Assembly: GCA_036272355.1 (NCBI GenBank)
Contig: DATAYX010000344.1
Coordinates: forward strand, 1 to 34,918
Direction of reading: 5' to 3'
Origin: Acidimicrobiales bacterium
GTDB lineage: Bacteria; Actinomycetota; Acidimicrobiia; Acidimicrobiales; RAAP-2
Length of the DNA: 34,918 bases
Positions 16,493 through 24,112 of the stretch are shown piece after piece. The notes below the pieces were generated by a model that worked only from the letters and a program-made list of their open reading frames with translations, searched no databases and was not told where the DNA came from. The position numbers and the translations under genes are program-made. Position 1 is the stretch's first letter. Each line of letters starts with the position of its first letter.

Positions 16493-16519
16493 GCATTGAC
16501 GGCCGATGCCCGTCAATGC
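16493..16519. promoter_or_regulatory. perfect 10-bp inverted repeat (GCATTGACGG-N7-CCGTCAATGC) in the divergent cupin / CoA-transferase intergenic region
   Basis: Read directly: arms at 16493..16502 and 16510..16519 with spacer CCGATGC. It lies 43 nt from the cupin start and about 150 nt from the CoA-transferase start. Operator function is inferred. Confidence 0.4.
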
Positions 16520-16670
16520 GGGCTGCCCCGGGTCGAGAACATTGGAATCCCGACCCCGGAGCGGCCCCACCGCGCGTCTGATGCCCCATCTGTTTGAATG
16601 TGCGCCTCATCGTCGTCAGTCCGTCGCCGCGAATCGCTGAGGATTCGTCGCGCAGAGAAGGAGGAGTTGC

Positions 16671-17891
16671 GTGGCCGACATCATGGAAGGGGTCCGCATC
16701 CTCGAAGTCGCCGAGCACACCTTCGTCCCTGCAGCTTCCGCCATCCTGGCCGACTGGGGAGCCGATGTCATCAAGGTCGAGCATCCCGAACGCGGGGACG
16801 CCATGCGGGGCCTCGCGTCGAGTGGCGTCATGCCCATGCTGGGCAACGTGCACGTCCTGCTCGAGCACTCCAATCGGGGCAAGCGCAGCATCGGGATCGA
16901 CGTCCAGACCGAAGCCGGCCTCGAGCTCGTCTACAAGCTCGCTGAGACGAGCGACGTGTTCCTGACCAACAAGCTCCCGGCGGTGAGGGATCGGCTCAAG
17001 ATCCGCGCCGAGGACATCCGTGCCCGCAACCCCAACATCATCTACGTCGCGGGCACCGGGGCGGGGGAGCGCGGACCCGATGCGAACCGCGGGGGCTACG
17101 ACTTCCTGAGCTTCTGGTGCCGTGGCGCCAGTGCCATGGGTTCGACGACGACGGATGCCGAGTTCCTCACCGGGCAACCCGCCCCTGGATACGGCGACTC
17201 CATCGGCGGCATGACGATCGCAGGAGGAATCCTCGGCGCGCTCTTCCACCGGGAGCGGACGGGCGAGGCCAAGACGGTAGACGTCTCGCTCTTGGGCGTC
17301 GGCATGTGGGCGATGAGCCCAGGCGTCGCCCTGTCCCTACAGCTCGACCGGGCGTGGCGACCTGGTCGCGGCGGTGCGACGGCACCGTTCAATCCGCTGG
17401 TCGGCACGTATCGGACCCAGGACGGGCGGTTCCTGGCCTTCTCGTGTCTCCAGGGCTTCCGCTACTGGGCGGGTGCGTGCAGGGTCGTCGGGCGCGAGGA
17501 CCTCGTCGAGGACCCGCGGTTCGCGACGCCTGAACTGCTGGCCGAGAACGCCGGCGTCGCTCGCGACATCCTGACCGAGATCTTCCTGGCGTCCACCTTG
17601 GACGAGTGGCGCGCCCGCCTCGAGGACTTCGAGGGCCAGTGGTCTTTCGCCCAGGACACCCTCGAGGTCGTGGACGATCCGCAGACGCTGGCGAACGGCT
17701 ATATCGGAGAGACAGCGACCGCCGACGGCACGGCCTATCGCCTCGTCACGACCCCGGTGCAGTTCGAAGGCTCTCCGGCTGCGCCGAAACGTGGTCCCGA
17801 ATTCAACGAGCACTGCGACGAGATCCTGGCGGGCCTCGGATACGACCAGGACACGATCATCGAGCTCAAGGTCGCCGGGGTGGTCGCCTAG
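16671..17891 (+). CDS. family III CoA-transferase (CaiB/BaiF/Frc/MCR family), paralog 1
   Basis: GVRILEVAEHTFVPAASAILADWGADVIKVEHPERGD, and GYGDSIGGMTIAGGILGAL with the conserved Asp. GTG start with GAAGGAGGAG upstream. Confidence 0.9.
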   Translation: MADIMEGVRILEVAEHTFVPAASAILADWGADVIKVEHPERGDAMRGLASSGVMPMLGNVHVLLEHSNRGKRSIGIDVQTEAGLELVYKLAETSDVFLTNKLPAVRDRLKIRAEDIRARNPNIIYVAGTGAGERGPDANRGGYDFLSFWCRGASAMGSTTTDAEFLTGQPAPGYGDSIGGMTIAGGILGALFHRERTGEAKTVDVSLLGVGMWAMSPGVALSLQLDRAWRPGRGGATAPFNPLVGTYRTQDGRFLAFSCLQGFRYWAGACRVVGREDLVEDPRFATPELLAENAGVARDILTEIFLASTLDEWRARLEDFEGQWSFAQDTLEVVDDPQTLANGYIGETATADGTAYRLVTTPVQFEGSPAAPKRGPEFNEHCDEILAGLGYDQDTIIELKVAGVVA

Positions 17892-17926
17892 CCTCGTTGT
17901 GGTCCGACGCGGAAGGGAGTCTGCTC

Positions 17927-19162
17927 GTGGAGAGAGTGCTCGATGGGGTCAAGGTGCTCGAGGTCTCGGCGTGGGCCTTCGTCCCCTCGGCGGGGGCCGT
18001 GTTGGCGGACTGGGGCGCCGATGTCGTCAAGATCGAGCCGCCGACCGGTGATCCGATTCGGGGACTCGTCAATGCGGGCGTCGGCGGGGGAGCGGGACCC
18101 TCGTTCCCGTGGGAAGCGTGGAACCGCGGCAAGCGCAGTGTGGCCCTCGATCTGAAGCATCCTCGCGCTCGCGAGATCCTCCTGAAGGCCGCCGAGACGG
18201 CCGACGTGTTCCTGACGAGCTATCTCCCCCCGACCCGCCGTCGACTGAAAATCGACATCGACGACATCCGAGCGGTGAACCCAACCATCGTGTACGCGTG
18301 CGGCACCGGTCAGGGCTCCGCGGGGGAGGAGGCCGAGAAGGGTGGATACGACTCCATCAGCTTCTGGGCCCGCGGTGGCGTGGGCTCGACCGTGACCCCG
18401 CCGGGAGCAAAACGGCCGATCGGACAGCCCGCAGGTGCGTTCGGCGACTCGTTGAGCGGTATGGCACTTGCCGGTGGTGTGGCCGCCGCCCTGTTCCGCC
18501 GGGCTCGTACCGGCGAGGGAGGAGTGGTCGACGTGGCGCTGCTCGGGACGGCGATGTGGTGCCTGCAGATGCCCATCGTCGGCGCCGCCGTCATGATGGC
18601 CCAGCCACCCGCGGACGAAGGTGCACAGTCGGGCTCCCGGAGCCCCAACCCACAGATCTTCAATCCGCTGGTGAACAACTATCAGACGTCGGATGGCCGA
18701 TGGCTCTCGCTCTGCATGCTGCAGCGGGACCGCTACTGGGACGATGTCCTCGAGGCCATCGGTCGCGAGGACCTGCGGGACGATCCGCGATTCAACACGC
18801 CGGAGGCCCTGGGCGCCCACAACGACGATGCCATCGCCGAGCTGGAGCGCACCTTCGCGGCGATGTCGCTGGACCAAGCACGTCGGGCACTCGGCTCGCA
18901 ATCCGGTCAGTGGGACGTGATGCAGAACGTGCTGGAGCTGCCCGTAGACCCGCAGGCGGTCGCCAACGGATTCGTCCAGTCGATCGAGTACGACGGCTCG
19001 GTCGTGTTGCCGCTGGTCTCCTCGCCGGCGCAGTTCGATCGCACTCCGAATCCGCTCGGCCGGGCACCCGAATTCGGGGCCGATACCGATGACGTGTTGG
19101 CCGAACTGGGCCTCGGTGCCGATGAGGTCATGCAGGCCAAGATCGACGGGGCCGTCCACTGA
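17927..19162 (+). CDS. family III CoA-transferase, paralog 2
   Basis: In-frame GTG 17927 inside track ORF 17606..19162, with GGAAGGGAG 7 nt upstream. GVKVLEVSAWAFVPSAGAVLADWGADVVKIEPPTGD and AFGDSLSGMALAGGVAAAL. Confidence 0.9.
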   Translation: MERVLDGVKVLEVSAWAFVPSAGAVLADWGADVVKIEPPTGDPIRGLVNAGVGGGAGPSFPWEAWNRGKRSVALDLKHPRAREILLKAAETADVFLTSYLPPTRRRLKIDIDDIRAVNPTIVYACGTGQGSAGEEAEKGGYDSISFWARGGVGSTVTPPGAKRPIGQPAGAFGDSLSGMALAGGVAAALFRRARTGEGGVVDVALLGTAMWCLQMPIVGAAVMMAQPPADEGAQSGSRSPNPQIFNPLVNNYQTSDGRWLSLCMLQRDRYWDDVLEAIGREDLRDDPRFNTPEALGAHNDDAIAELERTFAAMSLDQARRALGSQSGQWDVMQNVLELPVDPQAVANGFVQSIEYDGSVVLPLVSSPAQFDRTPNPLGRAPEFGADTDDVLAELGLGADEVMQAKIDGAVH

Positions 19163-19208
19163 TCCCTATGTGACTGCATCGTCGGGGAAGTAGGTCTCCT
19201 CGGCTCGG

Positions 19209-20417
19209 TCACGGAGCGACGGCGACACCGTCTGCGACGAGGGACGCCGTGGCGTCTTCGTCGAGCCCCATCTCTCGCAGGACCTCCCGGGTGTGTTCGC
19301 CCAGCAAAGGCGCTCGCCATCGGGGCGCCGGTGGCCTGCCGTCGAAGTCAACCGGGGTCGCCAGCATGGGCAGTGTCCCTTGTTCGTCGGGAACGTCCAC
19401 CACGGCGTGCGCGGCGTGGAATTGTTCGTCGGCAACGACGTCGTCGATGGTGTTCACCGGACTCCAAAAGAGCTCTGGTTCTTCTGCGAACGCTGTGGCC
19501 CACTCGTCCAGCGTCCGGGTGGAGAAGATCTCGTCGAGCGATCCGATCAACTCACGGGCATGGACGGCCCGGTTTCTGGCGCTGTCGAACCGCGGGTCGG
19601 TGATCCACTCGTCGTGTCCCACCGCCCGGGCCAGCGCAGGCCAATGACGATCACCTTCGAGTCCGACGATCCAGAACGATTTGCCATCGCTCGCTGCGTA
19701 GTTGTTGAGGACGGGGCTGTACATGGTTTCCCTCGTGCCGATCCCGAGTGTCCGGCCCCACATCACCGCGACGTTGACGTCGAACCCGATGGTGTAGACC
19801 CCCTGACGCAGCAATGACGTCGAGACGAGCTGGCCATATCCGGTGCGCGCCCGTTCGACCAGGGCGGCACTGACCATGGCGGCACCTGTCATCGCCACGC
19901 TGTGGTCGCCCATGCCGCCTCTCTGGAATGGCAGAGGCCCGCCGGGTGTACGGAGGGATTCGGCGATGCCGGCGCGGGCCCAGAATGCCGCGATGTCATA
20001 TGCGCCCCGCTCCGCTTCGGGTCCTTCAAGGCCGTAACCCGTGATGATTGCGTAGACCAAACGAGGGTGACGACCGCACGTTTCTCGCGGCCCCAGTTCC
20101 AGCCGTTCCAGCGCAGCGGGTCGCAGGTTGGTGAGCAACACATCGGCATCCGCCACCAAGTCATGGACGACATGGACCCCCCGTTCGGAGGAGAGATCGA
20201 GGGAGATGCTCCGTTTCCCGCGATTGTCGAGCTCGAACACGGGGTTGGTCGGTAGGTCCCCGCCGAGCATGCGCCCGAAGTTGCGGGCAGGATCACCCTG
20301 CGGTGGCTCCACCTTCACGACATCGGCGCCCCAGTCGGCCAGGATGCCACCCGCTCCCGGACCGGCCACCCAGACGCCGAGCTCGACAACACGTACGCCT
20401 TCGAGGGGCCCCGTCAT
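19209..20417 (-). CDS. family III CoA-transferase, paralog 3
   Basis: MTGPLEGVRVVELGVWVAGPGAGGILADWGADVVKVEPPQGD and GGMGDHSVAMTGAAMVSAAL. ATG 20417; the track start 20420 is the adjacent TTG. Confidence 0.9.
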   Translation of the reverse strand: MTGPLEGVRVVELGVWVAGPGAGGILADWGADVVKVEPPQGDPARNFGRMLGGDLPTNPVFELDNRGKRSISLDLSSERGVHVVHDLVADADVLLTNLRPAALERLELGPRETCGRHPRLVYAIITGYGLEGPEAERGAYDIAAFWARAGIAESLRTPGGPLPFQRGGMGDHSVAMTGAAMVSAALVERARTGYGQLVSTSLLRQGVYTIGFDVNVAVMWGRTLGIGTRETMYSPVLNNYAASDGKSFWIVGLEGDRHWPALARAVGHDEWITDPRFDSARNRAVHARELIGSLDEIFSTRTLDEWATAFAEEPELFWSPVNTIDDVVADEQFHAAHAVVDVPDEQGTLPMLATPVDFDGRPPAPRWRAPLLGEHTREVLREMGLDEDATASLVADGVAVAP

Positions 20418-20459
20418 CAAATCACCGTAGCGACTTCATGAACAAAGGGTCGGCGCGGT

Positions 20460-21686
20460 TCATCCCGCGTCGACGAGGGCCACTGCCTTGTAGCGATCGG
20501 CTTCGAGGTGGCGGCGCGTCATGAGGAGGGCGGCGATGCCGTCGCCCACTGCCGAGCCGAGTTGTTTCGTCGAGCCTGCCCGTACGTCCCCGGCGGCGAA
20601 CACGCCGGGTATCGAGGTCTCCATGGTGTCGCTCGTCACGAGGAACCCCCCGGCGTCCCTCTTCGCGGCGTCACCGAGGAATTCGGTGTTCGGTTGGAGC
20701 CCGATGAAGACGAATGCGGCGGCCGCGGGGTACCGATGGGTTTCCCCTGTCTCGCGGGTGCTGGCCACGACGGCGGAGAACCGCCCCCGCTCACCCTCCA
20801 GCGACACGATGTCCATGCCGGTGTGGATCGTGAACTGTGGATCGGATCGGACGCGATCTTGAAGGACGGAGGACGCGGACAGATCCCCGCGTGCGATCAC
20901 TCGCACCCGTTGGGCGAACTCGGACAGGTGGAGACCCTCTTCCAGGGCCGAATTCCCGCCTCCGATAACGACGACCTCTTCGGCTCCTTTGTAGAACGGA
21001 CCATCACAGGTCGCACAGAAATGCACCCCGCTGCCGATCAGCTCATCCTCACCAGGAATGTCGAGGCGGCGATACTTCGACCCCGTCGCCACGATCACCG
21101 CCGCAGAGACGAGTTCCTGCCCAGAGGACAGTGAAGTCACCAAGTTCTTGCCATCCTTCTCGATCCTCGCAACCGACACGGCCGAGAGAAGCTCTACGCC
21201 GTAGCGGCGCGCTTGCGTCACGAATCGTTCCGCGAGCTCCGCCCCCGAAATCCCTTCCGGGAACCCCGGATAATTGTCGATCCGGTCGCTGATACCGGCC
21301 TGCCCTCCGAGGGCGCTGGCGTCGACGACGATGGCATCGATGCCTTCTCGAGCCGCGTAGATGGCGGCAGCTAATCCTGCGGGGCCGCCTCCCACAATGA
21401 CGAGATCGTATGCCGAACGCGCCGCTTCAAGGGTAAGCCCGATACGGCCGGCCAGTGTCTCGTCGCTCGGATTCACATCATGCGTTCCGTCCGCGTACAC
21501 GACTGTCGGGATAATCTGCCCCCCGTTCTGCACCGCTTTTAGCCGCTCGATGTTCTCCGGGTTCTCATCGAGATCGACCACGTCGTAAGCGATTCGGTGT
21601 GCCGCGAGAAACTTCTTGACCCGCTTGCAATGCGGGCACCATGGGGCCGAGTAGACGGTGAGGTCGGGACCAGTACGAGAGGACAT
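20460..21686 (-). CDS. glutaredoxin-like (CPHC) domain fused to low-Mr thioredoxin-reductase-type flavoprotein (CATC)
   Basis: The N-terminal ~85 aa read LTVYSAPWCPHCKRVKKFLAAHRIAYDVVDLDENPE...GGQIIPTVVYADG, a Grx/NrdH-like fold. They are followed by DLVIVGGGPAGLAAAIYAAREG, HFCATCDGPFY, VVVIGGGNSALEEG and GVFAAGDVR. I prefer ATG 21686 (MSSRTGPDL) over track start 21740. Confidence 0.85.
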   Translation of the reverse strand: MSSRTGPDLTVYSAPWCPHCKRVKKFLAAHRIAYDVVDLDENPENIERLKAVQNGGQIIPTVVYADGTHDVNPSDETLAGRIGLTLEAARSAYDLVIVGGGPAGLAAAIYAAREGIDAIVVDASALGGQAGISDRIDNYPGFPEGISGAELAERFVTQARRYGVELLSAVSVARIEKDGKNLVTSLSSGQELVSAAVIVATGSKYRRLDIPGEDELIGSGVHFCATCDGPFYKGAEEVVVIGGGNSALEEGLHLSEFAQRVRVIARGDLSASSVLQDRVRSDPQFTIHTGMDIVSLEGERGRFSAVVASTRETGETHRYPAAAAFVFIGLQPNTEFLGDAAKRDAGGFLVTSDTMETSIPGVFAAGDVRAGSTKQLGSAVGDGIAALLMTRRHLEADRYKAVALVDAG

Positions 21687-21856
21687 TGCTTGACAATACG
21701 CGGAGCCGCAGTCATGAAGAGCAGCATTGTGTGGAACCACGCTCCGGTTGAGGGTGTCCGGCCGGCTGACCCAGTGGGTAGCGCCGAAACCCGTCTTCCC
21801 TCCCTGGCGGCAGGACTCAGTGGATGCTCCCTGTACCCCGGCGCAGGTAGAACGCC

Positions 21857-22780
21857 TCAGGCGAAGTGTGACTCGCGTCGGCGCACGATGGCACAGAGCG
21901 CCTCGTTGTAGGGGGCCAACAATCCCGACTCCCGACTCAGGGTTACCACCTGGCCATTGATGACATCGATCTCCGATCGTCGACGCGCCAGATGGTCCAG
22001 TCGCATCGATGGGCTTGCGTTCGGGATGGTTGCTGCGAATTCGGAGACATAGTGCAGCGGATCATCGAACGGAAATGCGATGCCTTGGGCCAGCCCGAGT
22101 TGGTAGGCCTCCGCCGTGCACCCGAGCGCGACACTCCAGGCATCCGGGTCGGCCATCAACTGGCCCACGGTGCAATCGAATACGGCACATGGTGCGCTAA
22201 GGGTCACGTTGCAGAGGAATTTCTCCCAGATCATCACGCTGACGTCAGCGAAAGCCCGGACGTTGAATCCGGCATCGAGCCAGAGTCGCTCGATCTGCTG
22301 TACGCGATCGGTCAATCCGCCGTTCATCTCTCCAATACGGATAAGCCGCATACCCTCGTGATGGACGTGGCCGGCTTCGGGTATCGACGAGCCGAATCCC
22401 TCGGCGATGCCGATCACGATGTGAGCCTCGGGAATATGGCGAGCTACGCGCTCACCCGCCCCCAGCCCATTCTGGAAAGCCATCACCACATTGCCGGGCT
22501 CGAGCAATGGTGCGATCTGCATTGCGACCTGGTCCACGGCCGCCGCCTTGGTGGCGATCACCCACACGTCGCACGGTGCAGCGTCAGAGGGTTGTGTCCC
22601 AACATGGATGCCTTCGACGACGAAGCTGCCGCTCGCGCCCGAGACCGTCAGGCCCGAGTTGGCGATCGTATCGATGTGCTCCCGCCAGATGTCGATGGCC
22701 CATACCTCATGTCCGGCCTTGCCAAATCGGCCGGCGTATACGGAGCCCATCGCACCCGTTCCGACGATCGCGACCTTCAT
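21857..22780 (-). CDS. 2-dehydropantoate 2-reductase (ketopantoate reductase, ApbA/PanE) family oxidoreductase
   Basis: MKVAIVGTGAMGSVYAGRFGKAGHEVWAID, VIATKA, NGLG, and C-terminal SMRLDHLARRRSEIDVINGQVV. ATG 22780 has GGAGGA 6 nt upstream; the track start 22876 adds an implausible Arg/Pro-rich leader. Confidence 0.85.
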   Translation of the reverse strand: MKVAIVGTGAMGSVYAGRFGKAGHEVWAIDIWREHIDTIANSGLTVSGASGSFVVEGIHVGTQPSDAAPCDVWVIATKAAAVDQVAMQIAPLLEPGNVVMAFQNGLGAGERVARHIPEAHIVIGIAEGFGSSIPEAGHVHHEGMRLIRIGEMNGGLTDRVQQIERLWLDAGFNVRAFADVSVMIWEKFLCNVTLSAPCAVFDCTVGQLMADPDAWSVALGCTAEAYQLGLAQGIAFPFDDPLHYVSEFAATIPNASPSMRLDHLARRRSEIDVINGQVVTLSRESGLLAPYNEALCAIVRRRESHFA

Positions 22781-22904
22781 GTTCTTTTCCTCCAGCGAGC
22801 GCCGCCGCCTGCACCCGGACCCAGGCCACCTCTGAACAGGCCTTCGCGGTGGTGGATAGTAGATCGCCCGCTGCACCCGACCACAGCCACGCCAACCCGA
22901 TCTT

Positions 22905-22927
22905 TTAGTATCGAAGTCAAATTCTAA
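22905..22927. promoter_or_regulatory. third 7-N9-7 inverted repeat (TTAGTAT-N9-ATTCTAA) in an AT-rich patch upstream of the PanE-family gene
   Basis: It has the same half-site and spacer architecture as 5856..5878 and 7850..7872, with one half-site mismatch (T for A). It sits in the visibly AT-rich stretch gatcttttagtatcgaagtcaaattctaatttc. Confidence 0.3.
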
Positions 22928-22985
22928 TTTCGGCGAGCACGACGAAGAAGACGGTCGGGAGTCGCTGTAGTCAGATCCTGGCTAC

Positions 22986-23002
22986 GGGCCAGGCTGGCCA
23001 GC
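22986..23002 (-). terminator. short hairpin 24 nt downstream of the PilZ gene stop (weak terminator candidate)
   Basis: CCTGGC-TACGG-GCCAGG (6-bp stem, 5-nt loop), adjacent to the palindrome GCTGGCCAGC. There is no U-tract. Confidence 0.2.
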
Positions 23003-23026
23003 TACAAGCAGGCCCTCAGGCTGGCG

Positions 23027-23809
23027 TCAACGCCGGATTCCCGTGCTGTCGGTGGTGATCGTGAAGGACTCCGTCGGGTCTTCGTTGTCGAATTCGACCC
23101 CAACTCGGACACCGCCCCCGGACGTCACCGTCGCGTACCGCACAATGCCTTCGAGGCGGATGTTGACCCGATCATCCACGGCGGAAACCTCCACCGAAAT
23201 GCGACCACCGACAAGGGTGGACGGCGAAGGGTGCTGGAACAGCAGCCCCAGCCCTAACATGGAGATGTCGATGACCTGGCATTTGCGCCGCTCGGTGTCG
23301 GGCTCGCCCTCCATCAGACATGATCCGGACCAGCCCGCCAGCTGTCGAGGAACACGTCGGCGGAGCGGAAGGATCCTCGTTACTCCTTCGTCCTTGTCAG
23401 CGCTGCCTTCCTCGAGTTGCGTCGACTCGTCGATCGCCTCGCCGTGGAGGTCGATGACCTTTCGGAGGTGGCTCAGTCGCGCCACCATGAGGTCGCCGTC
23501 TTCATCGGTAATGGTGCAACGTACGGTGTCCGCGACGGCGCGGTACCCCATCATCTGAGCACGCAACCGCTTTTCGAGCTGCTTGTCGGGGCAGGGGTGG
23601 TGCTCGATCCAGTGCACCGCCAGATCAGCCACGTCATAGAGGTCATCGAAATCGGCCAATGCGGGCACGTCGGCGTCGTCGCGTACCAGAGCATTGAAAT
23701 GTCGCCCCGCGACCTGGATGGGATTCCAGGGCCGATTGGCTCGGGCGAGAAAATCGCCGAGTTCGATGGGATGCTCACTCCGCGCCCGTTCGTCGTCCGT
23801 AGTCCCCAT
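23027..23809 (-). CDS. PilZ-domain protein (candidate c-di-GMP receptor) with an unassigned ~150-aa N-terminal domain
   Basis: The C-terminal domain carries both PilZ signatures: RRRVPR (RxxxR), then 25 aa, then DISMLGLG (D/NxSxxG), followed by beta-rich VEVSAVDDRVNIRLEGIVRYATV...GVRVGVEF. ATG 23809 has GGGAGGAG upstream. Confidence 0.75.
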   Translation of the reverse strand: MGTTDDERARSEHPIELGDFLARANRPWNPIQVAGRHFNALVRDDADVPALADFDDLYDVADLAVHWIEHHPCPDKQLEKRLRAQMMGYRAVADTVRCTITDEDGDLMVARLSHLRKVIDLHGEAIDESTQLEEGSADKDEGVTRILPLRRRVPRQLAGWSGSCLMEGEPDTERRKCQVIDISMLGLGLLFQHPSPSTLVGGRISVEVSAVDDRVNIRLEGIVRYATVTSGGGVRVGVEFDNEDPTESFTITTDSTGIRR

Positions 23810-24045
23810 GATTGCTCCTCCCGCCAAGAGCGATACGGCCATGGCCCAGCACGCGCCGGATCAACGGCCGTTTCCTCATATTCACTATCGACCCACAACG
23901 GCCTTTCCTTGAGCGGTGGCGGGCTCGAAGGAGAGGTTCCGGCCGGGATCGGACAAAGTCACTCGGATTGCCCGCTCAGCTGGGGACATTCGACGTCGGC
24001 TGGAGCCGCAATGGGGGTGGAAAACGAGCCCGGTCCGGTGACCGA

Positions 24046-24098
24046 CCGCGGCAGTGCCCGAAAGACGGCCCTCAAAGTCGGGCTGGTACACCCCGCGG
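24046..24098 (-). terminator. nested GC-rich stem structure 15 nt downstream of the treY stop (terminator candidate)
   Basis: The outer stem is CCGCGG (24046..24051) with CCGCGG (24093..24098). The inner stem is GCCCGA (24056..24061) with TCGGGC (24078..24083). There is no U-tract, so function is inferred. Confidence 0.2.
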
Positions 24099-24112
24099 CA
24101 TGGGCTCCCTCA

